Origin: Roseateles sp.
GTDB taxonomy: Bacteria > Pseudomonadota > Gammaproteobacteria > Burkholderiales > Burkholderiaceae_C
DNA length: 64,000 bases
NCBI GenBank assembly: GCA_041914785.1
Contig: JAYSCT010000002.1
Location: 19,621-83,620 of the forward strand
Direction: 5' to 3'
The stretch's first letter is position 1, and every line of letters starts with the position of its first letter. The translations under genes were made by a program, and so were the position numbers. Shown here in pieces: positions 22,420 to 31,667 of the stretch. The notes under the pieces are model-generated. The model searched no databases and had not been told where the DNA came from. It worked only from the letters and a program-made list of their open reading frames with translations.

Positions 22420-23232
22420 ATGCCCGCCTCCCGCTCGCCGCGCGCCCCGCGCCGGCCCACGCCGCCTGACCACGCCCCCGCAGCAGCGCACGACCTGCGC
22501 GCCCCCAATGCCTGGCTGCTGATGCTGGAAGGCCGCGCGCCGTGGGAATACGCCGCGCTGCTGGCCACGCTGCCTTGGATGAAGAAGCTCCCCCAGGGCG
22601 ACGGCCACCCCGTGCTCGTGTTCCCCGGCCTGGGCGCCAACGACCTGACCACCGCGCCGCTGCGCGCGCTGCTCGATTCGCTGGGCTACGCCACGCAGCC
22701 CTGGCAGCAGGGCTTCAACTTCGGCCCGCGCGCCGGCGTGCTGGAGCAGTGCCGCGCCCACCTGCAAGACCTGCACCGCCGCCATCACCGCAAGGTCAGC
22801 CTCATCGGCTGGAGCCTGGGCGGCATCTACGCCCGCGAGCTGGCCAAGGAATGCCCCGAACTGACGCGCTGCGTCGTCACGCTGGGCACGCCGTTCACCG
22901 GCCACCCGCGCGCCACCAACGCGTGGCGCTTCTTCGAGATGGTCAGCGGCCAGACCGTGGCCGACGACCACGACCTGCTGGCGCAGATCCGCCAGGCGCC
23001 GCCGGTGCCCACCACGTCCATCTACTCCAAGACCGACGGCGTCGTCGCCTGGCGCTGCAGCGTCAACGAGCCGTCACCGCTGGCGGAGAACATCGAGGTC
23101 CAGGCCAGCCACATCGGCCTGGGCGTCAACCCCATCGCGCTGTACGCGCTGGCCGACCGGCTGGCGCAGCCCGAGGGGCAGTGGCAGCCTTTCGAGCCCA
23201 AGGGCGCGCGGCGCTGGTTCTACAAGACCTGA
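22420..23232 (+). CDS. alpha/beta hydrolase (esterase/lipase)
   Basis: PVLVFPGLGA, GWSLGG nucleophile elbow, DGVV and SHIGL. Confidence 0.88.
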   Translation: MPASRSPRAPRRPTPPDHAPAAAHDLRAPNAWLLMLEGRAPWEYAALLATLPWMKKLPQGDGHPVLVFPGLGANDLTTAPLRALLDSLGYATQPWQQGFNFGPRAGVLEQCRAHLQDLHRRHHRKVSLIGWSLGGIYARELAKECPELTRCVVTLGTPFTGHPRATNAWRFFEMVSGQTVADDHDLLAQIRQAPPVPTTSIYSKTDGVVAWRCSVNEPSPLAENIEVQASHIGLGVNPIALYALADRLAQPEGQWQPFEPKGARRWFYKT

Positions 23233-23307
23233 CCCCGCCACCGGGCCCGCCGCCCATGGCGCAGGACTTGCTGCACCCGCCCTGCCCTTTCGTTTGAAGA
23301 CCCACCC

Positions 23308-24078
23308 ATGCCCTGGACCTTTGCCCACCCGGCGGCCATCCTGCCGCTGCGGCGGCTGTGCCCCCGCTGGCTCTCGCTGCCGGCCCTGACCCTCGGCGCC
23401 ATGGCGCCCGACATGAGCTACTACATCGGCATGCACGGCAAGTGGCGCGCGTTCTGCCACACGCCCGAGGGCATCCTCACCGCCTGCCTGCCGGTGTGCC
23501 TGGTGCTGCTGGCGCTGCTGCTGCGCTTTGCGAAGCCCCTGACCGTGCTGCTGGTCGAGCCGCACCGCGGCCTGGTGCGCGCGCAGCTGCAGCCGCCACC
23601 GCACCCGGTGTGGCGGGCGCTCGCGGTAGCCGTGCTGTCGGTGCTGATCGGTGCGGCCACGCACCTGCTGTGGGACTCGTTCACGCACGAGGGCCGCTGG
23701 GGCGCCGAGCTGCTGCCCGATCTGGAGGAGCCGCTGCTGGAGGGGCTGGACCGGCAGTTCCAGCTCACGCACCTGCTGCAGCACCTGAGCACCGCCGTGG
23801 GCGTGGCGGCGCTGGCCGTCGTGTACCGGCGCGCGCTGCGCCGCCTGCCGCCGGCCGCGCCCGTGCCGCTGGACACGCAGCGCCGCCGCCTGCTGCTGGC
23901 CTGCGCAGCTGTGGCCCTGGCCATCGGGGGCGCCAGCGCCTGGGCGCTGACGCCGGCCACGCTGCCCGCCTACCTGTCGCACCGCCTGGTGCGCAGCGTC
24001 GTCTGGAGCACCAGCTGCTTCACGGCGGTGCTTGCGATTGCCAGCGCGGTCTGGTGGCGCCGCCACGGCGACGCCTGA
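23308..24078 (+). CDS. DUF4184 family membrane protein
   Basis: MPWTFAHPAAILPL, GAMAPD, THLLWDSFTH and LQHLST motifs. Confidence 0.85.
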   Translation: MPWTFAHPAAILPLRRLCPRWLSLPALTLGAMAPDMSYYIGMHGKWRAFCHTPEGILTACLPVCLVLLALLLRFAKPLTVLLVEPHRGLVRAQLQPPPHPVWRALAVAVLSVLIGAATHLLWDSFTHEGRWGAELLPDLEEPLLEGLDRQFQLTHLLQHLSTAVGVAALAVVYRRALRRLPPAAPVPLDTQRRRLLLACAAVALAIGGASAWALTPATLPAYLSHRLVRSVVWSTSCFTAVLAIASAVWWRRHGDA

Positions 24079-24134
24079 CCCCGCTTCCACGCCGCCGCGC
24101 TTCTCGCGGTAAGGTATCGCCCTCAACCGGACCC

Positions 24135-24740
24135 ATGCCCATGCAACACCACACCCTCGCCGCCGCCGACGACAAGGCCGCCAAGAAAGAAGCCCCCGAG
24201 AAGCAGGAAGAGCAGCTGCTCTTCAAGGGCCGCTACGTGATGATCTTCGGCGAGATCGACGACAAGATGGCCCACGCCACCTGCCGCCGCCTGCTGGCGC
24301 TGAGCCAGGAATCGGACGCCCCCATCACGCTGCTGATCTCCAGCCCCGGCGGCCACGTCGAGAGCGGCGACGCCATCCACGACATGATCCGCTTCGTGCG
24401 CGCCCCGGTCACGGTGGTGGGCACGGGCTGGGTGGCCAGCGCCGGCACGCACATCTACCTGGCCGTGCCCAAGGAGCGCCGCGTCGCGCTGCCCAACACG
24501 CGCTTCATGATCCACCAGCCGGCCGGTGGCGCCGGCGGCCAGGCCAGCGACATCGCCATCCAGGCCAAGGAAATCATCCGCACCCGCGAGCGCATCGCCG
24601 CCGTCATCGCCCGCGAGACCGGCCAGCCGCTGGAACGCGTGCGCGTGGACATCGAGCGCGACTTCTGGATGGGCACCGACGAGGCCATCGCCTACGGCCT
24701 GGTGTCGCGCGTCATCGAGCGCCAGGTCGACCTGGGCTGA
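24135..24740 (+). CDS. clpP: Clp protease proteolytic subunit (ClpP paralogue)
   Basis: ISSPGGHV, WVASAG (Ser), FMIHQP (His), ERDFW (Asp). Confidence 0.9.
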   Translation: MPMQHHTLAAADDKAAKKEAPEKQEEQLLFKGRYVMIFGEIDDKMAHATCRRLLALSQESDAPITLLISSPGGHVESGDAIHDMIRFVRAPVTVVGTGWVASAGTHIYLAVPKERRVALPNTRFMIHQPAGGAGGQASDIAIQAKEIIRTRERIAAVIARETGQPLERVRVDIERDFWMGTDEAIAYGLVSRVIERQVDLG

Positions 24741-24756
24741 CCCCGCGCCCGCCCGC

Positions 24757-25653
24757 ATGCAGCTCAGCGCCAACGGCGTCCGCATCGAGGTCGACATCCG
24801 CGGCCCGGCGGACGGCGAGCCGCTGCTGATGATCATGGGCCTGGGCATGCAGCTCATCGCCTGGCCCGACGGCCTGGTGGACGAGCTGGTGGCCCGCGGC
24901 TTTCGCGTCATCCGCTTCGACAACCGCGACGTGGGCCTGTCCCAGCCCTTCGACGAGCTGGGCCCGCCCAACGTGCCGCTGGCGGCGCTGCTGCACCTGT
25001 TCCACCTGCCCATCAAGGCACCCTACCAGCTGGCCGACCTGGCGCGCGACGCCGTCGGCGTGCTGGACGCGCTGGGCATCCCGGCGGCGCATGTCTGCGG
25101 CGCGTCCATGGGCGGCATGATCGCCCAGCACCTGGGCTTCGCGCATGCGCAGCGCGTGAAGAGCCTGACGCTGATGATGACCACCAGCGGCGACCGCAGC
25201 CTGCCCAAGGAGAGCCTCAAGGTGCGCCGCGCGCTGCTGTCCCGGCCCCGGCCGGGCAGCACGCCCGAGCAGAAGCTGCAGAACGTGCTGGACCACTTCG
25301 TGGGCCTGTACGGCATCATCGGCAGCCCCGGCTACCCGGCCGACCCCGCGGTGCTGCGCGAGCGCATCGCGCAGGGCGTGAAGCGCTCGTTCCGGCCGCA
25401 GGCGGTGGCGCGCCAGTTGGTGGCCATCGCGGCCGATACCCACCGCGCCGAGCGCGTGTCGCGCATCGCCGCGCCCACGCTGGTGCTGCATGGCGAGCAC
25501 GATGCGCTGATCCCCGTCGCCGCGGCACGCGACCTGGCGCGGCGCATCCCGGATGCCAGGCTGGAGATCATTCCCGGCTGGGGCCACGACCTGCCCGAGC
25601 CGCTGTGGCCGCGGCTGGCCGCCGACATCGCCGCCAACGCGGCGCGTGCCTGA
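24757..25653 (+). CDS. alpha/beta fold hydrolase
   Basis: RFDNRDVGLS, GASMGG, HGEHD and GWGHD motifs. Confidence 0.9.
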   Translation: MQLSANGVRIEVDIRGPADGEPLLMIMGLGMQLIAWPDGLVDELVARGFRVIRFDNRDVGLSQPFDELGPPNVPLAALLHLFHLPIKAPYQLADLARDAVGVLDALGIPAAHVCGASMGGMIAQHLGFAHAQRVKSLTLMMTTSGDRSLPKESLKVRRALLSRPRPGSTPEQKLQNVLDHFVGLYGIIGSPGYPADPAVLRERIAQGVKRSFRPQAVARQLVAIAADTHRAERVSRIAAPTLVLHGEHDALIPVAAARDLARRIPDARLEIIPGWGHDLPEPLWPRLAADIAANAARA

Positions 25654-25656
25654 GCG

Positions 25657-26040
25657 TCAGCGCTGCACGTCCGCCAGCGACGCGACGGACTGGTAGGCCT
25701 CCAGCGCCTCGCCGAGGTTGGGGCCGCCTTCCATCAGCGCGCGCTTCAGCGCCAACTGCGCGGTCTCGGTCTGCTGCTCCTGATCCGACACCGTGCCGTC
25801 ATGGTTGACGTCGGCCGTCACGTGGACGACGCCGGTGGCCACCTTGGCCGTGTCCTGCGAGGCCGCCGCCCGCGCACCGGCGGCGGACACCGTCACCACG
25901 GCGGACGCGACCTCCGGCGCCGCGCGCCGCGCCGGCACGGGCGCCGCAGCCACCCCGGACGGGGAAGCACTGGCGGTGGCGGTGACGGGAGGCAGCACGG
26001 CAGGCAGTGAGAGCAGCGTCAGGTGTTGATCGGCCGCCAC
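25657..26040 (-). CDS. hypothetical protein with a single EF-hand-like loop
   Basis: DVNHDGTVSDQE fits the DxNxDG EF-hand loop; start uncertain. Confidence 0.5.
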   Translation of the reverse strand: MAADQHLTLLSLPAVLPPVTATASASPSGVAAAPVPARRAAPEVASAVVTVSAAGARAAASQDTAKVATGVVHVTADVNHDGTVSDQEQQTETAQLALKRALMEGGPNLGEALEAYQSVASLADVQR

Positions 26041-26076
26041 GCGGCGAACTTGAGCAGTTTTTTCTGCACGGCGGCG

Positions 26077-26499
26077 TCAGCGCGCCTTCGCCTTGACCTC
26101 GACGTCCGTGCGCTTGCCGTCCGCACCCTCGACGGTCAGCGTCAGCGGCACGACCTCGCCGGCCTTGATCGGGCGTTGAAGGCCCATCAGCATGACGTGG
26201 TAGCTGCCCGGCTTCAGCGCCACGGCCTGGCCCGCCGGCAGCGGCAGCGCGTCGACGGGGCGCATCTTCATGACGCCGTCGTCCATCTTCATCTCGTGGA
26301 TCTCCACCATGCCCGCCACCGGCGAGCTGGCGGCCACCACCTTGGCCGCCTGGGCCGACGTCAGCTGCATGAAGGCGCCGGTGGCCTTCTGCGGCGCGAC
26401 GGTGGCGCGCACCCAGGGGTCGTCCACCTTCACGGCGGGGCTCTGGGCCTGGGCGGCCAGGGACAGCAACAGGGCGGGAACAAGCAGCAGACGACGCAT
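26077..26499 (-). CDS. periplasmic copper chaperone PCu(A)C
   Basis: signal peptide; DPWVRAT, EIHEM..DGVMKM and PGSYHVML motifs. Confidence 0.92.
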   Translation of the reverse strand: MRRLLLVPALLLSLAAQAQSPAVKVDDPWVRATVAPQKATGAFMQLTSAQAAKVVAASSPVAGMVEIHEMKMDDGVMKMRPVDALPLPAGQAVALKPGSYHVMLMGLQRPIKAGEVVPLTLTVEGADGKRTDVEVKAKAR

Positions 26500-26546
26500 G
26501 GCAAGGGGGGTACAACGGTGAAGCCGCCATTGTGCGACCGCGGGGC

Positions 26547-26586
26547 TTGACCTCATCTGTCCGCGTGTACTATCGTACTAGTACAC
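26547..26586 (+). promoter_or_regulatory. promoter with palindromic YtrA-type GntR operator
   Basis: TTGACC at 26547; perfect IR GTGTACTA-N6-TAGTACAC (26565-26586) just upstream of the GntR gene. Confidence 0.75.
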
Positions 26587-26599
26587 ATAGCCAGCACCC

Positions 26600-26995
26600 A
26601 TGGACCCCGCCCACTTCGTCCACATCAACACCGGCTCGCCCGAGCCCATCTACCGCCAGCTCATCGAGCAGGTGAAGCGCCGCGTGGCGGCCGGGCAGCT
26701 GAAAGCGGGCGACGAGATCCCGTCGGTGCGCGAGCTGGCGCAGGCGCTGGCCGTGCACCCCATGACCATCTCCAAGGCCTATTCCCTGCTGGAGATGGAC
26801 GGCGTGCTGGAGCGCCGCCGCGGGCTGTCCATGGTGGTGGCGGCCCAGCACCAGCGGGCCCAGCCCGCCGCCCACCGCGGGGAGCTGCTGCGCCCCACGC
26901 TGGAGAAGGCCGCCGCCGAAGCGCGGCAGCTGGAGCTGTCCGCGGCCCAGGCCCTGCAGCTGTTCAAGACCATCCTCGACGAGCAAGCCCCATGA
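26600..26995 (+). CDS. GntR (YtrA subfamily) transcriptional regulator
   Basis: PIYRQLIEQ...IPSVRELA..LAVHPMTISKAY; short C-domain; precedes ABC genes. Confidence 0.92.
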   Translation: MDPAHFVHINTGSPEPIYRQLIEQVKRRVAAGQLKAGDEIPSVRELAQALAVHPMTISKAYSLLEMDGVLERRRGLSMVVAAQHQRAQPAAHRGELLRPTLEKAAAEARQLELSAAQALQLFKTILDEQAP

Positions 26996-27879
26996 CGAGC
27001 CCGCATTTCCCTCCCTCCGACACCGCCGTCGCCGAGCTCAGCGGGCTGTCCCTGGCCTACCCCAAGGGCCCCGCGGTGCTCGCCGGCCTGGACTGGCGGC
27101 TGCTGCCCGGCCAGGTGGTGGGCCTGCTGGGCCGCAACGGCGCCGGCAAGACGACGCTGCTGGAGACGCTGCTGGGCCTGCGCGAACCCGACGCCGGCAC
27201 CGTGCAGCTGTTCGGCCAGGACGCTCAGCGGTTGGACGACGCGGCCCGCGCCCGCATCGGCTACGTGCCGCAGCACAGCGAGCTGTTCGAGGGCTTCACG
27301 CCGGCGCAGCTGCTGGGCTACTTCAAGAGCTTCTACCCGCGCTGGAACGAGGCCAGGACCGAGGGCCTGATGTCGCGCTGGGACATCCGGCCCGACCAGC
27401 CCATCCGCAAGCTCTCCGGCGGCCAGAAGCAGCGCCTGTCCATCATCCGCGCGCTGGCCCATGAGCCCGACCTGCTGGTGCTGGACGAGCCCGTCGCCAG
27501 CCTGGACCCGGCCGGCCGGCGCGACTTCCTGCGCGAGCTGGTGGGCGAGGTGCTGGACCGCGGCGCCACCGTCGTGTTCTCCACCCACATCCTGTCGGAC
27601 CTGGAGCGCGTGGCCTTCAACATCGCCTTCCTGGCGCAAGGCCGCATCGCGCTGCAGGCACCGCTGGACGAGCTGCTGGACCAGGTGCGCGCCTTCACCG
27701 GCAGCGTCACCGAGATGGCCACGCTGATGGGGCGCCTGGGCGCGCAGCCGCTCAAGCGCACGCCGCTGGAGGCGGGCCGCGAGCGCGTGCTGGCGCGGCT
27801 GCCGGCCGGCGGCGCGCTGCCCGGCGGCGTGGCGGCCGAGCGCCTGAACCTGGACGACCTGTTCACGGAGCTGACCTGA
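26992..27879 (+). CDS. ABC-2 type ATP-binding protein
   Basis: GRNGAGKTT, LSGGQ and LDEP motifs. Confidence 0.92.
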   Translation: MTSPHFPPSDTAVAELSGLSLAYPKGPAVLAGLDWRLLPGQVVGLLGRNGAGKTTLLETLLGLREPDAGTVQLFGQDAQRLDDAARARIGYVPQHSELFEGFTPAQLLGYFKSFYPRWNEARTEGLMSRWDIRPDQPIRKLSGGQKQRLSIIRALAHEPDLLVLDEPVASLDPAGRRDFLRELVGEVLDRGATVVFSTHILSDLERVAFNIAFLAQGRIALQAPLDELLDQVRAFTGSVTEMATLMGRLGAQPLKRTPLEAGRERVLARLPAGGALPGGVAAERLNLDDLFTELT

Positions 27880-29327
27880 TGCGCGCCGCCACCCGCTACT
27901 CGCAGGTGCTGCTGGCCGTCTGGCGGCAGCGCGACCGCAGCGCGCCGTGGGGGCGCCGCGCCTTCGCCGCGCTGCTGGCGACGGGCGCCGCCGCCGCGCT
28001 GGTGGGGCTGCCCGCCCCGGTCGGCTGGCGGGTGGTGGCCGGACTGCTGCTGCTGATGGGCCTGGGCGTCTGGCTGGCCCTGTGCGGCAGCCTGCAGGAG
28101 CAGAACCACCCGACCGCCGCCCGCACCGTGCCGGGCCACCTGCGCACGATCAGGCGCGCCGCGCTGCTGGGCTGGGCGCTGTGCACCAGCCTCACGACGC
28201 TGCTGCTGTGGGCCATCATCGCGACCGCCGAAGCCTGGCCCCTGCTGCTGCTGAGCTGCGGCTTCATCGCCGTGTTCCTGCTGTGGTCGTCGCGCATGGT
28301 GTGGCTGTGGCTGCTGCTCACGCTGCTGTCGCCGCTGCTGGGCGCGCTGGGTGGCTCGCTGGCACCTGTCAGACGCGCACTGACCTCACTCTGGAGCGAA
28401 CACACTGCCGGCCTGTTGCTGGCCTGCCTGTTGGCCCAGGCCGCGCTTGTCATGCTGGCCTTCGGCGCCGGCGGTGCACGCCACACCGCCCGCCACGCCC
28501 GCCAGATGCTGATGCGCAACGCCATGCGCATGCAGCTGGATGGCCGGCAGGCCAACGCGGCGGCCTGGGGGCGGCCCATCCAGTGGCTGACGCGCCCGTT
28601 CGGTCGGGCGCTCGACGCCTGGCAGCGCCGGCTGCTGGCCCGCGCCGACAACGGCGACCCGCGCAACGTGATGGCCCGCGCGGCCATCGTGCTGCACGGC
28701 GGGCAGCATTGGATGTATCAGCTGATGGGCATCGCCGTGCTGGCCGCCATCGTGCTCGTCGCGTTCGCGGCGGTGTCCAGCGTCGCGCAGGTGCCGCTGA
28801 AGACCTTCCTGCCCGGCGCCTTCGGCATGGGCATCGCCATCGCCAGCATGGGCTTCAACCCCGGCTTCGCGCTGCCCATGGCGCTGTGGCAGAGCCGGCG
28901 CGAGCAGGCGCTGCTGTGCCTGCTGCCCGGCATGCCGCGCGGCGCCGCGCTGAGCGAGGCGGTGGCAGCGGGCCACCTGCGCAACGCCGCGACGGCCTGG
29001 CTGGCCACCAGCCTCGTGCTGCTGGCCCTGGGCCTGGCGGCCGGCAACGATTGGCTGCTGTGCCTGCCGCTGGCGGCGCTGCCGGTGATGGCGGTGAACC
29101 TCACGCGCGGCCCTGCCCGCATGCGACCGCCACAGGTGCTGACGGCGATGTGGCCCTCGCTGGCGTTCTTCGCCCTGGCGGGGCTGGTGTATGGGCTGGC
29201 GCAGCTGGGCGTGCCGCTGGCGCTGCTGGGCGTCACGGTGCCGGCGCTGTCGGCGGCGCTGCTGGCCTGGCGCTGGCGCGGGCTGGGCCGGGGGCCCGTC
29301 GCGCTGCCTGCGGGCCGCCTGGGCTGA
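27879..29327 (+). CDS. integral membrane protein, probable ABC permease
   Basis: many TM segments; TGATG coupling to the ATPase gene. Confidence 0.7.
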   Translation: MRAATRYSQVLLAVWRQRDRSAPWGRRAFAALLATGAAAALVGLPAPVGWRVVAGLLLLMGLGVWLALCGSLQEQNHPTAARTVPGHLRTIRRAALLGWALCTSLTTLLLWAIIATAEAWPLLLLSCGFIAVFLLWSSRMVWLWLLLTLLSPLLGALGGSLAPVRRALTSLWSEHTAGLLLACLLAQAALVMLAFGAGGARHTARHARQMLMRNAMRMQLDGRQANAAAWGRPIQWLTRPFGRALDAWQRRLLARADNGDPRNVMARAAIVLHGGQHWMYQLMGIAVLAAIVLVAFAAVSSVAQVPLKTFLPGAFGMGIAIASMGFNPGFALPMALWQSRREQALLCLLPGMPRGAALSEAVAAGHLRNAATAWLATSLVLLALGLAAGNDWLLCLPLAALPVMAVNLTRGPARMRPPQVLTAMWPSLAFFALAGLVYGLAQLGVPLALLGVTVPALSAALLAWRWRGLGRGPVALPAGRLG

Positions 29328-29354
29328 TCGGCGCGCTGGCTCAGGCCGGCGGGC

Positions 29355-29831
29355 TCAGATCGGCAACTCGGTGAAGTAGCGCCCGCCGTGGAAGATCAGC
29401 GGCTGCGCGCCGGGCCGCGACGTGCAGCGCTCCACCTCGCCGACGAAGATGACGTGGTCGCCCTCCTCGTAGCGGCTGCGGTTGGCGCACTCGAACACGG
29501 CCACGGCGCCGTCCAGCACCGGCGCGCCGCCGGCGCCCTCGCGCCAGGCCACGCCGGCGAAACGGTCGATGTCGCGCGTCGCGAAGCGCTGCGCCAGTTC
29601 CTTCTGGTCGGCCGCGAGGATGTTGATCGCATAGTGCGAGCCGTGCGTGAACGTCGGCAGCGAGCCGGCGCGGCGCGCCAGGCTCCACAGCACCAGCGGC
29701 GGGTCCAGCGACACGGAGTTGAACGAATTGGCCGTCAGGCCCACAAGGCCGCCGTCCGCCGAGCGCACGGTGATGACGGTCACGCCGGTGGCGAACATGC
29801 CGAGGGCGGCGCGGAATTGCTGGGAGTCCAT
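29355..29831 (-). CDS. flavin reductase family protein
   Basis: FRAALGMFATGVTVIT, SFNSVSLDPPLVLW and GDHVIFVGEV motifs. Confidence 0.93.
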   Translation of the reverse strand: MDSQQFRAALGMFATGVTVITVRSADGGLVGLTANSFNSVSLDPPLVLWSLARRAGSLPTFTHGSHYAINILAADQKELAQRFATRDIDRFAGVAWREGAGGAPVLDGAVAVFECANRSRYEEGDHVIFVGEVERCTSRPGAQPLIFHGGRYFTELPI

Positions 29832-29832
29832 A

Positions 29833-29913
29833 TCAATGGCGCCCGGCCGCCCGAAGGCAGGGATGCGCCCCCTGGGAGGGCAGCGGGCGGCGCGGGCGTC
29901 GGGGCAATGTCAT
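29833..29913 (-). repeat. shorter REP-like element read as a 26-aa upstream ORF
   Basis: + strand GCGCCCGGCCGCCCGAAG...CCCCCTGGGAGGGC resembles GCGCCGGGCCGCCCCAAG...CCCCTCGGGGGC of the 6563/7694 copies. Confidence 0.55.
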
Positions 29914-29971
29914 GCGCGCGATTGTCGCCAGTCCTACGACAGGCGACATGCCGCCATCGCACAATGCCCCC

Positions 29972-30937
29972 ATGCAAGCCGACGACTTCCAGGTCCACGA
30001 CGACCTGCAACTCAGCCACCTGCCGCAGCGGATGTTCGGCGCCTGTGCCGACTGCGCCGCCGGCCGCTGCACGCCGCCCCGGCGCGGGCGCCGCCTCTTC
30101 ACGGGCCTGCTGGCCGCCACCGGCGTGCCCGCCGCGCTGCCCGCCTGGGCCCGCGAGGGCGTGGACGTGGGGCCCAAGAGCAAGTTCACCGGCTTCGTGT
30201 CGGCCGACCAGCTGGAGCAGGCCGGCGGCCAGCAGTACGCGCAGATGATGGCCCAGGCCAACCAGCAGCGCGCGCTGGCCTCGATGCAGCATCCGCAGCT
30301 GCAGCGGCTGCGCTACATCGCCCAGCGCATCATCCCGTACAGCTACGAATGGAACGACCGCGCGCGGCGCTGGAAGTGGGAGGTCAACCTGCTGGGCGAT
30401 GCGCAGCTGAACGCCTTCTGCATGCCGGGCGGCAAGATCGCGTTCTATTACGGCATCCTCGACAAGCTCAAGCTGGAGGACGACGAGGTCGCCGCCATCA
30501 TGGGCCACGAGGTGGCGCATGCGCTGCGCGAGCACGCGCGCGAGCGGGTCGGCAAGTCGGCCGTCACCAACGGCGTCATCGAACTGGGCTCGGCGCTGCT
30601 GGGCCTGGGCAACCTGGGCCGCGGCCTGGCCGGCATGGGCGGCCAGCTGCTGAGCCTGCGCTTCAGCCGCGACGACGAGACCGAGGCCGACCTGGTGGGC
30701 ATCGAGCTGTCGGCCCGCGCCGGCTACGACCCGTCCGCCGCCGTGCGGCTGTGGGAAAAGATGATGGCCGCCAACAAGGGCGCGCCGCCGCAATGGCTGT
30801 CCACCCACCCGGCCAGCGGCACGCGCATCCGCGACATCCAGGCCAACCTGCCCAAGGTGGAGGGGCTGTACGCGCGTGCGCCCAAGCCGGATCAGCGCTT
30901 TCCGGTGGCGCCGCCGCTGGCGGCCCGGCAGTCCTGA
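29972..30937 (+). CDS. M48 family metallopeptidase
   Basis: NAFCMPGGKI, HEVAH, ETEAD and LSTHP motifs; start uncertain (29972 or 30032). Confidence 0.92.
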   Translation: MQADDFQVHDDLQLSHLPQRMFGACADCAAGRCTPPRRGRRLFTGLLAATGVPAALPAWAREGVDVGPKSKFTGFVSADQLEQAGGQQYAQMMAQANQQRALASMQHPQLQRLRYIAQRIIPYSYEWNDRARRWKWEVNLLGDAQLNAFCMPGGKIAFYYGILDKLKLEDDEVAAIMGHEVAHALREHARERVGKSAVTNGVIELGSALLGLGNLGRGLAGMGGQLLSLRFSRDDETEADLVGIELSARAGYDPSAAVRLWEKMMAANKGAPPQWLSTHPASGTRIRDIQANLPKVEGLYARAPKPDQRFPVAPPLAARQS

Positions 30938-30946
30938 GTCAGCCGG

Positions 30947-31579
30947 TCACCAGCGCGCGGGCAGGTTCTTGAGGCGCTGGTACTCGCCGGCCGCGACGCG
31001 GCGCAGGTAGCCGCCCAGCTCCAGGTCCTTGACCAGCTTGGACACCATCTCGCGCGAGCAGCCCAGGCGCTGCGCCATGCCCTGGTGCGTCAGCGCGAGG
31101 TGGCGGCCGTCCTGCGTCAGCTCGTCGACGAGGTTCTTCAGCCGGCCGTAGACGTCGTTCAGCGCCAGCTGCTTGGTCGACAGCGTGGCCGCGCGCGCGC
31201 GGCGGATCACCTTGGTCAGCAGCTCGAACGCGAACTCCGGGTGCTCGCTGATGTGCGTCAGCAGGCTGGCGCGCGTGACCATGACGAGCCGGCTGGCCTC
31301 CTCGGTGATGACGCTGGCCGAGCGCGGCCCGCCGTCCAGGCTCATCTCGCCGACGTACTCGCCGGGGCCGTAGACGCCGTAGGTGATCTCGCGGCCGCGC
31401 GCGTCGCTGCTGTAGGCCCGCAGCGAGCCGGACAGCACCACGTAGAGGTTGTCGCCGACCGAGCCCTCCTCGATCAGCACCACGCCCTTGCGGTGGCTGC
31501 GCGAAATGCCGCGCGCCGCGAGCAGGCGCAGCGAGGTGGGCAGGGCAAGGAGTTCAGCGTCGGTGGAATCGTCAGGCAT
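30947..31579 (-). CDS. Crp/Fnr family transcriptional regulator
   Basis: cNMP fold GEMSLDGGPRSASV; HTH LGCSREMVSK. Confidence 0.92.
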   Translation of the reverse strand: MPDDSTDAELLALPTSLRLLAARGISRSHRKGVVLIEEGSVGDNLYVVLSGSLRAYSSDARGREITYGVYGPGEYVGEMSLDGGPRSASVITEEASRLVMVTRASLLTHISEHPEFAFELLTKVIRRARAATLSTKQLALNDVYGRLKNLVDELTQDGRHLALTHQGMAQRLGCSREMVSKLVKDLELGGYLRRVAAGEYQRLKNLPARW

Positions 31580-31667
31580 CCGGAAGGCGCCGCGGGCATC
31601 GGGCCGCCCGGCGCGCCGGGGATGTTAGTTCACCGCGTGAAATGAGCCACCGCGGGCGGCCGGGGCG

